From Spirochaetia bacterium (GTDB lineage Bacteria > Spirochaetota > Spirochaetia > SZUA-6 > Bin103), in NCBI GenBank assembly GCA_965203905.1, contig CBDBDQ010000005.1, positions 3,616,001-3,680,000 of the forward strand: DNA of 64,000 nucleotides, read 5' to 3'. Below are positions 9,934 through 19,158 of this stretch, piece by piece. A program made the translations under genes and the position numbers. Numbering within the stretch: the first letter of the stretch is position 1; every line of letters begins with the position of its first letter. The notes under the pieces are model-generated. The model worked only from the letters and a program-made list of their open reading frames with translations. It was not told the origin of the DNA and did no database searches.

Positions 9934-10980
9934 ATGCCAACCTTCACTCCCGATCAACTGACCTCCCACGCGCAGCGCCTGCTTGGCGCGGCGGGTCTGC
10001 CCGCCGACGAGGCCCGGCACATCGCCGGATCGCTGGTCCTCTCCAACCTGATGGGCCACGACTCCCACGGCGTCACGCGCCTGCCCCAGTACCTCGGCGT
10101 CCTGGAACAAGGCGGTTTCGTACCGGGCGTCACCATCGAGGTGGTTCGCGAAGCCCCGGCCTCGGCCCTGGTCGACGGCAAGTGGGGCTTCGGCCAGACG
10201 GTCGCCAGGCAGGCCATGGCCCTGGCCATCGAGAAGGCGAGGCAGTCTTCGGTGGGGGTGGTCGAGGTGTTCAACTGCGGCCACATCGGCCGGCTTGGCG
10301 AGTACGTCGAGACTGCCGCGGCCAGCGACATGATTGGCTTCGTGACCTGCAACAACCATGGCGGCGGGCTGCTGCAAGTGCCCTTCGGGGGTGCCCAGCC
10401 GCGCATGTCTCCCAATCCGATCTCGCTTGGCGTACCGACCGGCGGCGAACTGCCGATCGTCATCGACATGACCTCCAGCGTGGTTGCCGAGGGCAAGATC
10501 AAGATGAAGCGCAACCTCGCCGAGCCGATGCCGGACGGCTGGGCGCTCGACGCTGACGGACGCCCGATCACCGACCCCGAGCAGTTCTACGGCCCTCCCC
10601 GAGGCGCCATCCTGCCGTTCGGAGGTGCCAGCGCGCACAAGGGCTTCGCGCTGGCGATCCTGGTAGAAGTGCTGTCGGGCGCCCTTGGCGGGGCCGGGTA
10701 CAGCCGGGGCGGTCAGACGCGCTGGGGCAATGGCGTGTTCATGATGGCACTCGACATCGCGGCGTTCATCGCCCCCGACGACTTCAAGCGCGATACCGGG
10801 GCGTTCGTGGACTGGCTGAAGAGCTCCTCCCTGATGGAAGGATTCGACGAGATTCTATTGCCGGGCGAGCCCGAGTCGCGCACCCGCAGGCAAAGAGAAG
10901 CCGGCGGCGTCTTCGTGGACGAACCGACCTGGCAGCAGATGACCGAGGCCGCGGCGAAGCTTGGCATCGAACTCGGGTAA
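9934..10980 (+). CDS. Ldh_2 family (malate/L-lactate/ureidoglycolate) dehydrogenase
   Basis: GHDSHGV, HIGRLGEY, NPISLG, DMTSS, HKGFAL, LPGEPE. Confidence 0.92.
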   Translation: MPTFTPDQLTSHAQRLLGAAGLPADEARHIAGSLVLSNLMGHDSHGVTRLPQYLGVLEQGGFVPGVTIEVVREAPASALVDGKWGFGQTVARQAMALAIEKARQSSVGVVEVFNCGHIGRLGEYVETAAASDMIGFVTCNNHGGGLLQVPFGGAQPRMSPNPISLGVPTGGELPIVIDMTSSVVAEGKIKMKRNLAEPMPDGWALDADGRPITDPEQFYGPPRGAILPFGGASAHKGFALAILVEVLSGALGGAGYSRGGQTRWGNGVFMMALDIAAFIAPDDFKRDTGAFVDWLKSSSLMEGFDEILLPGEPESRTRRQREAGGVFVDEPTWQQMTEAAAKLGIELG

Positions 10981-11010
10981 CGCCTGCGCAAGCTTCTGGT
11001 ACGTGCATTG

Positions 11011-11033
11011 TTATGATACTTTTCGTATCATAA
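11011..11033. promoter_or_regulatory. Palindromic operator upstream of ATPase gene
   Basis: TTATGATAC-N5-GTATCATAA perfect IR ending 10 nt before ATG 11044. Confidence 0.6.
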
Positions 11034-11043
11034 GATAAGTACC

Positions 11044-12168
11044 ATGAAGCAGTTCGTGTTCGACCGGCTCGTTGACCGGGACAACATCTGCAACCTCGAG
11101 CGTGAGCAGCAAGCGCTCAGGGATGCGGTCGGGCGCAGATACCGGATGGTGGTCTACGGGCCGCGGAACTACGGCAAGACCTCGGTGATCCGTAATGTCA
11201 TCATCGAGGAGTTCCGGCGCACCCGCGAGCGTCACTTCGTGCTGTTTGCCGATCTGCTGGGGGTCCGCTCCATGCAGTCTCTGAGCCTGAGACTCTCTAC
11301 CGGCCTGCAACGGTCCTTCGCCGCTTCCTTCCCGGTCAAGAGTCTGCTGGAGAGCGCCGGGCGGTTCCTGGGCGCGTTGCGGCCCGAGATCGCGTTGGAT
11401 CCGCAGACCGGGAGTCCGAGCCTGTCGCTGCACGCGGCCAATCCGGAGTCCGGCCGCAGCCTGGATGCACTCTGGGAACGGATTGCCGGGATTACCGCGG
11501 AAGTCGAATCGCTCATCGTGCTGGACGAATTCCAGGACGTGGCTCTGGTCGACGAAGCGCCCGCTCAGTTGCGCACCGGGCTGGAATCGCTGGGCGAAGT
11601 GCCCATATTGCTCCTCGGTTCCAAGCGGCACATGCTCGCCGGCCTGTTTGCCGCGCCCGCGGCCCCCCTGAGTGCCTGGGGGACCGATCTGGAGTTCCGG
11701 CCAATCCCCTACGACGACTACCACGAGTACATGCAGGAGCGATTCAGCCCGCGCCGCCTGACGATCTCGCGCGAAGTGGCGACGGTCCTGCAGGACGACA
11801 TGCAGCGCGTCCCCGAGGCGGTCAACCGGCTGTGCGCCCAGCTCCTGGAGTTGTACGAGGCAACCGAGATCGACCACGCCAAGGTGCAGTCGGCGTTGGC
11901 GAGGCTCCTCGACAACCGGGAGAGCCGATTCGCGTCCTACCTGTCGAGTTTTTCAGGTACCGACGAGAACGTTCTGACGGAGATTGCGCGGCGCGAACGG
12001 GTCGAGCATCCGCAGTCCAAGAGCTTCCTCGCAAGCGTGCGGCTGTCCAGCCGTACGGTGGCACTGTCGGTCAAGCGACTGTGGGACCGGGGCGTGATCG
12101 ACCATGACGGGGACAGCTATCGGATCGCCGATCCGCTGCTCGCCGCCCACCTCCGCCGCTACCGATAG
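11044..12168 (+). CDS. AAA/archaeal-type P-loop ATPase with probable C-terminal wHTH
   Basis: Walker A GPRNYGKTS, Walker B VLDEFQ, C-terminal LWDRGVI..YRIADPLL. Confidence 0.85.
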   Translation: MKQFVFDRLVDRDNICNLEREQQALRDAVGRRYRMVVYGPRNYGKTSVIRNVIIEEFRRTRERHFVLFADLLGVRSMQSLSLRLSTGLQRSFAASFPVKSLLESAGRFLGALRPEIALDPQTGSPSLSLHAANPESGRSLDALWERIAGITAEVESLIVLDEFQDVALVDEAPAQLRTGLESLGEVPILLLGSKRHMLAGLFAAPAAPLSAWGTDLEFRPIPYDDYHEYMQERFSPRRLTISREVATVLQDDMQRVPEAVNRLCAQLLELYEATEIDHAKVQSALARLLDNRESRFASYLSSFSGTDENVLTEIARRERVEHPQSKSFLASVRLSSRTVALSVKRLWDRGVIDHDGDSYRIADPLLAAHLRRYR

Positions 12169-12300
12169 CACATTCACTCCAGCCCGTGCACGCGCTCCGC
12201 GCTCCGAGCCAGTAGTGCCGGTGGTGGTGCACGCCTCCTCGAACTGCCTATTCGAGGTGGAAGGGAGCGGCTTCGCGGCCGCCTTCCGGCAGCACCAGGA

Positions 12301-13397
12301 ACCTGGTCGGGACGGGGCCGTTTATGCTGACCGACTATGTCGAAGGCTCTTCTATCACTTTCATCAAGAATCCCGACTACTGGGGCCATGACGAAAAGTA
12401 CCCGCAGAACCGCTTGCCCTACGCTGACAAGGTAACGAACCTGGTTATTCTAGAGGAAGCAACACTCATGGCGGCACTACGCTCGGGCACGATTGACTAT
12501 AGAGGTTATGCTGGCGGTAACCAAATAAACTCTTTAGACCAGGCGGAGAGTCTCGAAAAGACCAACCCAGAAATAGCGCAATGGCCGCTTCTTGAAAGGT
12601 CGAATCACTCTTTTGGAGTGAATGTGAATAGGCCGCCGCTCAACGACATCAGGGTGCGCAAGGCACTGCAAATGGCACTGGACCTGGAGACATTAAACGA
12701 CAATTTCTTTAAGGGTCGTGCAAACTGGACACCTGCCGGGCAGGTAGGAACTTCCCACAAAGGGTTTTACATCCCGTTTGACGAGTGGCCCGAGGAGGTG
12801 AAGAAAGGCTATATGTACGATCCAGAAGGTGCCGAGAAGCTTCTTGACGAGGCTGGGTATCCGCGCGGAGCCGACGGCATTAGATTCAAGACCTCCTTTC
12901 TCCCCCACCCAGCTCAAAATCTTAGCTATTATGAATTAGCTATCGCCTACTTTGCTGAGATTGGCGTTGACGTAGATATTCAGATAGTTACAACCGCTGA
13001 GAGGGCCGCCAGATTAAGTCAACCAACTGCTGACTCTTTTGAACTACGCTCGTCGACTGCAGGCAAGCACTACTTTGGTGTGTTTCTTCTCTCGGAACAT
13101 TATACAGGCAGCAGGTGGAATCCCGCCGCAGTCAGCGACCCGGAGTTTGATGCCATAATTGACGCCCTTCGACTTACTAATGACCTCGAGGAGTACCAGA
13201 GGTTGTTCCGAGAGGCAGATATGTACATGATAGAGAGACACTGGACCATATGGGGTCCGGATGCCCCAGCGTTTAATGCGACCCAGCCGTGGGTCAAAGG
13301 GTATAACGGGGAATCGCTACTGGGACAGCATCAAAGGCTGCCCTTGATCGCCCGCCTCTGGATTGACCAGGAGCTGAAGGAAGCACTGGGTCATTAG
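12301..13397 (+). pseudogene. 5'-truncated family-5 ABC solute-binding protein
   Basis: Starts abruptly at NLVGTGPFMLT, which lies about 240 aa into the paralog at 20619; no signal peptide; lower GC. Confidence 0.85.
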
Positions 13398-13436
13398 GGG
13401 TTTTGCCCCTTGTGGCTGACCTTAGCGAAGGAAAAA

Positions 13437-13470
13437 GGGAGCTGGGAAGCTTGGGTTTTCCAGCTCCCCC
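13437..13470 (+). terminator. Stem-loop after SBP gene
   Basis: GGGAGCTGG..CCAGCTCCC hairpin, preceded by an A-run. Confidence 0.5.
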
Positions 13471-13477
13471 TTAAGAT

Positions 13478-13815
13478 GTCATTGCGAGGAGCGCTTTCAT
13501 ACTGTGGTTCCGAGCGAACACCCGGAATCCAGAAATCGCAACCATACAGGCCTGCCTGCCGCACACCTGCTTGCGCTAAAGCTTCAGCGTAGGCAAGAGG
13601 CTTTGGCAGGCGCGGGGATAGATAGGGGTTTCACCCCTCTGGACTCCCCAAAACCGTGAGAGCCCAGTTTCTTGGCAGGGGTCATCCGCACCTTAGAGAG
13701 TGCCGCGCCCTTCAGTGGAAGGGGCCGGAAAGACGTGGAAGGTGGATTGCGGCCCCGGATCCAGTCCGGGGCAGGTTTTTTTGCCGCAATGACGGGGGAA
13801 TCGCAATGACGGGGG
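13478..13815. repeat. Composite REP/MITE-like palindromic elements
   Basis: GTCATTGCG..CGCAATGAC ends (right end present twice), with internal hairpins such as GCCCCGGA-TCCAG-TCCGGGGC and GCCCTTC-AGTG-GAAGGGG; related shorter copy at about 16213-16314. Confidence 0.6.
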
Positions 13816-13837
13816 AAAGTGAAATGAGGTGTGTCAC

Positions 13838-14839
13838 ATGAGAGCCTATCTCATCAGGCGGATATTGCTGATAATCCCCACCTTGTTTATATTGAGCATC
13901 CTGGTTTTTCTCTCGGTCCGCTTTATCCCTGGCGATATAATAGACTACATACAAGATAGTATGGAATACCTGGGTACCGGGGTAGACCGTGAAGCTACTG
14001 AGCGTATGCTGGGATTGGACGTGCCTGTCTACGTGCAGTATGGACGCTGGATAGGAGTGTTGCCGATCCCGGACTGGTTTACCGGTGAGTCCCGCTTCAA
14101 CGGTATCCTCCAGGGCACCCTTGGTAAATCACTGTGGGGCGGCCCTTTGCCGATAGAAGAGAGGATAGTAGGTAGATTGCCGGTAACCATTGAGCTTGGC
14201 GTCATGGCAATCGTAATCGGGCTCGTGATAGCCCTGCCGGTGGGCATCTACTCGGCGATTCGCCAGGATACGGCCGCCGACTACGTGGGGCGCTCCATAG
14301 CCATCATCGGCATGGCAACGCCTAACTTCTGGCTGGGAATTATGGTCATGATCTACCCGGCAATCTGGTTGGGCTGGTCGCCACCGCTGCAGCTGGTTTC
14401 TTTCACCGAAGACCCGCTGGGGAATCTCGCGGTGTTCATCGTTCCCAGCCTGATTCTGGGGACGGCCGCTGCTTCCAGCACCATGCGGATGACGCGCACC
14501 ATGATGCTGGAGGTGCTGAGGTAGGACTATATCAGGACGGCCTGGGCCAAGGGTCTAAGGGAGAGGGTAGTTGTTATCAGACACGCCATCAAAAATGCCC
14601 TCATCCCGGTAGTCACCCTGATAGGCATGCAGCTGCCTCTGCTGATAGGTGGCTCCGTTATCATGGAGAACATCTTTAACCTGCCGGGGTTAGGTCGTCT
14701 CATGGTGAATGCCCTCGATGAGAGAGACTACCCGATGGTCTCCGGAATCAACCTGGTTTTTGGCACCGCGGTGGTGCTGTTCAATCTCCTGATCGACCTG
14801 CTCTATTCCTATCTGGACCCGAGAGTGCGGTATGAATGA
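13838..14839 (+). pseudogene. DppB-like permease with in-frame TAG
   Basis: MRAYLIRRILL..LEVLR*DYIRTAWAKGL..DPRVRYE; TAG at 14522-14524 where the paralog has CAG. Confidence 0.88.
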
Positions 14840-15782
14840 CACGCGGGGACAGTTTGCCGATTTCTTGGGCAGGTTGTGGCGGGAGAAGCCGCTGGGGATC
14901 GCCGGTGGGATCGTCATCTTGATCCTGATTCTGCTGGCAATCCTTGCCGAGGTTCTGGCTCCTTATCCACATGGTAAGGTATTCCTGATAGACAGGCTTC
15001 AGGGCCCATCAGCCCGGTATCTGCTGGGTACCGACCAGTTGGGGCGAGACTTCCTGAGCCGCCTTATCTACGGTGCTCGTCTTTCCATAGTTGTCGGTTT
15101 GGCGGCGACCGCTCTCAATGTTGTGGTGGCGGTCCTGATAGGCGGCATCTCAGGATTCTTTGGTGGTAAACTGGACCTGGCGGTGCAGAGATTTGTCGAT
15201 GCCTGGATGGCCTTCCCGGGACTGCTCCTGTTGTTAACCACAATGTCCATAGTGGGGCGGGGTTTGCCACAGATAATAGTGGTCCTGGGGGTAACAGGAG
15301 GCGTCGTCGGCTCAAGAGTAGTCAGAAGCGCCGTTATCGGTGTAATAGAGAACGTGTATTTTCAGGCAGCGGAGGCGATTGGCAGCCCAAAATGGAGCAC
15401 ACTCATCCGACATGTCCTGCCCAATATTGCGCCTGTCGTAATCATCATATTCAGCATCAACATCGGGGGCGTGATTATCAGTGAGGCCTCTCTGAGCTTC
15501 CTGGGATTCGGTCTGCCAGCCCAGATTCCTAGCTGGGGAGGTATGCTCAGCCGGGAAGGGCGCGTGTACATGGAGCAGGCCCCCTGGCTGGCTCTCTGGC
15601 CTGGTCTTTGGCTGACTATTACCGTCTACAGTCTAAACATGTTCGGCGACGCGGTGCGGGACCTGCTCGATCCGCGGCTGCGGGGTGGTGGCGGGCGTCT
15701 CGCTGGCAGCGGCGCCACGGGCGGTCTCCAATCAACCGAGACACGGCCGCTTGCGAACAAGGGGCCTTCGCGCTCCCTCTGA
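14832..15782 (+). CDS. DppC-like ABC permease
   Basis: LLGTDQLGRDFLSR, EASLSFLGFG, GDAVRDLLDPR. Confidence 0.92.
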   Translation: MNDTRGQFADFLGRLWREKPLGIAGGIVILILILLAILAEVLAPYPHGKVFLIDRLQGPSARYLLGTDQLGRDFLSRLIYGARLSIVVGLAATALNVVVAVLIGGISGFFGGKLDLAVQRFVDAWMAFPGLLLLLTTMSIVGRGLPQIIVVLGVTGGVVGSRVVRSAVIGVIENVYFQAAEAIGSPKWSTLIRHVLPNIAPVVIIIFSINIGGVIISEASLSFLGFGLPAQIPSWGGMLSREGRVYMEQAPWLALWPGLWLTITVYSLNMFGDAVRDLLDPRLRGGGGRLAGSGATGGLQSTETRPLANKGPSRSL

Positions 15783-15803
15783 AGGCGGCACAGATGCTTA
15801 GCC

Positions 15804-15865
15804 ATGATTCGGTCCTTCAAGGACAAGGAGACAGAGCGGATCTTTCACCAACAGTGGTCCATTAG
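15804..15865 (+). pseudogene. higB: HigB toxin remnant (middle deleted)
   Basis: MIRSFKDKETERIFHQQWS joined directly to CAT TAG, the usual DYH-stop end; compare intact higB at 18581. Confidence 0.8.
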
Positions 15866-15879
15866 CGAGGTGTCGCGCC

Positions 15880-16203
15880 ATGGCTACGACTAACAGGCCC
15901 GCGTTGGCGGGGAAAATCCCGACGCCGACGGTGGGCGAAATCCTCCAGGAAGAGTTTCTTCAGCCACTGGGGATGACGCCCTACCGCCTTGCGAAAGAGC
16001 TGCGGGTGGCCACAAGTTCGATGCTTGACCTAGTCCACGGGCGCCGCCGCCTCTCGGTCGACATGGCGTTGAGGCTGGCGCGCCTCTTCGGTACGACTGA
16101 GAGATTCTGGCTGAACCTGCAGAACGAGATCGACGTGCGTAATCGCCGGGACGAGTTGAGTCGGGAGCTCGAGGCAATCCAGCCCGTCGCCCACGACGGA
16201 TGA
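15880..16203 (+). CDS. higA: HigA (VapI-type) antitoxin
   Basis: GEILQEEFLQPLGMTPYRLAK..ALRLARLFGTTERFWLNLQ. Confidence 0.92.
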   Translation: MATTNRPALAGKIPTPTVGEILQEEFLQPLGMTPYRLAKELRVATSSMLDLVHGRRRLSVDMALRLARLFGTTERFWLNLQNEIDVRNRRDELSRELEAIQPVAHDG

Positions 16204-16325
16204 GCTCCCACACAAGATGTCTTTGCGAGGAGTCCGCCTTAGGGGGACTATAATCCAGACGATAGGTAAGGATTAGGAGATCGCCACGCCCTTCAGTAGA
16301 AGGGCTCGCCATGAGGTGTGTCACA

Positions 16326-16501
16326 TGAGAGCCTATATCATGAGGCGGTTATTGCCGGCGATATAGACCGTGAAGCTCTTGAGCGTAAGCTGGGATTAGA
16401 CGTACCTGTCTACGTGCAGCATGGACGCTGGGTGGGAAATATCTTACTACACGGCACCCTTGGCGAATCACTGCTTGGCGTTTCACAATAGAGGAGAGAT
16501 A
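16326..16501 (+). pseudogene. DppB permease remnant with several deletions
   Basis: Same GAGGTGTGTCACATGAGAGCCTAT start as 13838; DREALERKLGLDVPVYVQ; ends at the 48-bp IR. Confidence 0.8.
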
Positions 16502-16549
16502 GACGGGTCATGGAACCCGCTGAGCGAACCGGTCAGCTGTCGTCGATGC
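16502..16549 (+). repeat. 48-bp inverted repeat, left copy
   Basis: GACGGGTCATGGAACCCGCTGAGCGAACCGGTCAGCTGTCGTCGATGC; reverse complement at 19111-19158 with 1 mismatch. Confidence 0.92.
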
Positions 16550-16758
16550 TGCAAATCGAGTGCTCTCCGGGCAACACTTGTCGGTCCGGTCCGACCCAGC
16601 GATGCGGCATCCGAAGGGAGGCGCATATCAGGCCGATGACGTCCTGTTCGGGTATGCAGCTGACCAAGCTGGTTTGTCCGGGGGCTACCCCAGCCGGACA
16701 GTCCCTGCGCCACGCTGCTCGGTTGCAGACCGTCGGCGAAGCGGCGCGACCCAGGGCT

Positions 16759-16979
16759 TCACAGCTGCTGACGGAACTCTTCGACGGTCAAGCCAGCCCG
16801 GGCGATCAGGCCGCGGAGCGTACCGCGTGCAACTTGTTTATGGTTCGGGACTGACAGTGTGGCGATGTGCCTTCTCTGGTCAGGATGATGTGGCTACCTC
16901 GTTGTCTTGCCACGTCGCAGCCAAGGGTGCGGAACACTCCCACCACCTCGCGTGGTGTCAGAAGCGGGACTGGTGGCAT
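16759..16979 (-). pseudogene. hicA: HicA toxin, frameshifted
   Basis: MPPVPLLTPREVV..RQRGSHIILTREG, then after a 1-nt shift near 16870 HIATLSVPNHKQVARGTLRGLIARAGLTVEEF. Confidence 0.85.
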
Positions 16980-17185
16980 CAGACATGCACTTCCACCTGC
17001 CGCGTCATTACCGTCAGCGGCAGTCCTTTCTCCGCCCGTACCTCGAGGCACTCCCTGATGGCGTCCTGCACGTTCATCTGCGCTTCTTCAGCCGTCCTTC
17101 CCTGACTGACACACCCGGGGATCGACGGACAGTCGGCGATGAACATGCCATCCTCGTCCTGGGTGATTGTCACCACGAACTTCAT
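16979..17185 (-). CDS. hicB: HicB antitoxin (short form)
   Basis: MKFVVTITQDEDG..CPSIPGCVSQGRTAEEAQMNVQDAI. Confidence 0.9.
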   Translation of the reverse strand: MKFVVTITQDEDGMFIADCPSIPGCVSQGRTAEEAQMNVQDAIRECLEVRAEKGLPLTVMTRQVEVHV

Positions 17186-17243
17186 AGCCTGAGGCTCACT
17201 CTCAGCAGTATACGACGGGTGGGTGCCGACGGCAACACAATCC

Positions 17244-17329
17244 ACAAGGGGCCTTGGCGCACGGTCCGAATCGGGCAATGGGCGGGTTTCGCGGGCGGCG
17301 GTTTGAGGCAATGGGCTGGTGTGGCGAGC
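17244..17329 (+). repeat. About 85-bp imperfect inverted repeat, left copy
   Basis: ACAAGGGGCCTTGG (14 bp perfect)..GGCAATGGGC..GCTGGTGTGGCGAGC; partner at 18099-18183. Confidence 0.75.
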
Positions 17330-17359
17330 AAGCGCAACGGGTGAAGGCGATGGCCGAGG

Positions 17360-17680
17360 CTACGGAGTGATTTCGGTGGCCCGGCCCGCCTGGAGCGATG
17401 GAAGGACGCTCAGAAGGAGAGGGGCGAGAGGTTCCAGGGTTTCGATTCGGTTGTCGTGGACAACGAGGACAGCGACGGCGACCGGAAACCGGCCGAGGTT
17501 TTGCTGGTGTTGGAGGTTCTGGTCAACGGTGACGAACACATCGAACTCGGTCGCAGCCCTGCGGAGCAGCTCGCCGTTGCGGACGCCTGCCCAGCCCTTC
17601 CGTGGCACGGTCTGCACCTCATGGCCTTCCAGGAGCCGAGCAAACTGACGCGGGACCGACTCATCGAGCAGAATGTGCAC
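17360..17680 (-). CDS. DUF5615 PIN-like toxin (VapC45-like)
   Basis: ILLDESVP, GWAGVRNGELL, VFVTVDQNL. Confidence 0.88.
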   Translation of the reverse strand: MHILLDESVPRQFARLLEGHEVQTVPRKGWAGVRNGELLRRAATEFDVFVTVDQNLQHQQNLGRFPVAVAVLVVHDNRIETLEPLAPLLLSVLPSLQAGRATEITP

Positions 17681-17888
17681 GGTCTATGAGCAGTTCGCCG
17701 GCAAGCTCGAGCACCTCCTTGGCCTGCCGGCGGGACACCGAGGGGAAGGAATCGAGGAACTTGTCCAGGCTGTCGCCGGCTTCGAGATGGTCCCACAGAC
17801 TCTGGACGGGTACCCGTGTGCCGGCGAATACGGGCGTTCCTGACATGATCTCTGAGTCCTGGACAACCAAGCCGGAGAGGCTACGCAT
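17661..17888 (-). CDS. DUF433 antitoxin (VapB45-like)
   Basis: DSEIMSGTPVFAGTRVPV..LEAGDSLDKFLDSFPSV. Confidence 0.9.
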   Translation of the reverse strand: MRSLSGLVVQDSEIMSGTPVFAGTRVPVQSLWDHLEAGDSLDKFLDSFPSVSRRQAKEVLELAGELLIDRAHSAR

Positions 17889-18098
17889 CTGTGCTGGCTC
17901 CCTTGATACGAGGATAAGGCAATCTCGGTGTTGGTGGAAGAAGAACGTTGACCGCTCTGAGGTTTCAGATCCACCGCACGGGGTCACCGATTACGAACTC
18001 TGCCGCGGCCGATGAAGCGGCGGCACGACGTGGCAGCGCTACCTCTCATGCCGCCACGATCCACGCCGGCACCAGCGGCCAACCGTCACTAGCGGTGC

Positions 18099-18183
18099 GC
18101 TCGCGACATCAGCACAATGGCGACACCCGTGATCCGGCAAAAGGGCCCATTGCCGACTCAGAATGCGTCCCAAGGCCCCTTGT
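18099..18183 (-). repeat. About 85-bp imperfect inverted repeat, right copy
   Basis: Ends CCAAGGCCCCTTGT; aligns nearly ungapped to 17244-17329. Confidence 0.75.
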
Positions 18184-18228
18184 CGTGACGTGGGCCGTCG
18201 CGCGTAGTCCGTCTTGCAACTCAGGTGT

Positions 18229-18570
18229 TCAGGAAGTTCCGCTTCCGGAATACGGCTGTGCTGTCGGTGCAGCCTCTCGCAGTACCACCACTTCCTTACT
18301 GAGGCGTCCCTTCAGTCGTGCTTTCTCCACCTCGAGCACGTAGCGCGTTTGCAGGTTGAGCCAGAAGCGCTCGGTCGTGCCAAAATAGCGCGCAAGCCGC
18401 AGCGCGGTATCAGCCGTGATCGCCCGCTTGCCATGCACGATCTCATTGATCCGCCGAGGGGGAACGCTGATGTCCTTCGCAAGCCGATACTGGCTGAGTT
18501 CCATCGGCTCCAGAAACTCCTGTAGCAGGATCTCGCCAGGGTGAATCGGGGGGTGGGCCTTCCTTGCCAT
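18229..18570 (-). CDS. higA: HigA antitoxin
   Basis: PIHPGEILLQEFLEPMELSQYRLAKDISVPPRRINEIVHGKRAITADTALRL. Confidence 0.93.
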   Translation of the reverse strand: MARKAHPPIHPGEILLQEFLEPMELSQYRLAKDISVPPRRINEIVHGKRAITADTALRLARYFGTTERFWLNLQTRYVLEVEKARLKGRLSKEVVVLREAAPTAQPYSGSGTS

Positions 18571-18580
18571 GTCTCGCTCC

Positions 18581-18862
18581 TTAATGATAGTCCGTGATCT
18601 CCACATCGAAGGCGTCGCCCCGGTTCCACCGGAAGCAGATCCGCCACTGATCGTTGATGCGGATGCTGTATTGCCCGACCCGATCTCCTGAGAGCCGTTC
18701 CAATCGATTCCCGGGGGGTATCCGCAACTCGTCCAATACGTCTGCCGCGTCCAGGACCAGAAGCTTCCTGTGCGCTCGGCGCTGCAGATCGGGCGGAAGC
18801 CGCCGCGACGGATCTCGCCGGAACACCTTCTCGGTTTCCGCGTCGCGGAAGCTTCGGATCAC
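18581..18862 (-). CDS. higB: HigB (RelE-like) toxin
   Basis: MIRSFRDAETE..PPGNRLERLSGDR..YSIRINDQWRICF..EITDYH. Confidence 0.93.
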   Translation of the reverse strand: MIRSFRDAETEKVFRRDPSRRLPPDLQRRAHRKLLVLDAADVLDELRIPPGNRLERLSGDRVGQYSIRINDQWRICFRWNRGDAFDVEITDYH

Positions 18863-18897
18863 TTACGAATAGTAACGTAGCTTGTTATTATTGTCGA
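18863..18897 (-). promoter_or_regulatory. higBA promoter/operator
   Basis: TCGACA-17nt-TACTAT with embedded TAAC-N7-GTTA IR; GTG start 6 nt after the -10 (leaderless-like). Confidence 0.6.
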
Positions 18898-19110
18898 GCG
18901 TTATCGGCGTACCCGGCGGCCTCTAACTCTCGGAGGTCGGTGGTCGATCGAGAACATTCCCAAGTGCTGCGTTGAGCCGACGGGCTGATGGCCGCGAAGT
19001 TTCCTGGTCGCGCCGCTTATGCAACGGTTCGAGATTCCTCACCAGCGTCCACCGTCGTAGTAAACTAACGAGTATCCCGCTGGGACGGATCAGAGAGTGC
19101 CGGACAGGCG

Positions 19111-19158
19111 GCATCGACGACAGCTGACCGGTTCGGTCAGCGGGTTCCATGACCCGTC
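19111..19158 (-). repeat. 48-bp inverted repeat, right copy
   Basis: Reverse complement of 16502-16549. Confidence 0.92.

Noticed and set aside
12170-12300. Coding-like fragment (PVVPVVVHASSNCLFEVEG) before the truncated SBP
   Set aside because: No start codon or recognisable family; too short to call.
14522-14524. Pyrrolysine or stop-codon recoding
   Set aside because: Conserved Gln position in a permease, no pyl genes in the window, TAG ends other genes here, and the locus is decaying.
16502-19158. Integron cassette array
   Set aside because: No intI and no convincing RYYYAAC..GTTRRRY attC sites; the repeats are inverted rather than direct.
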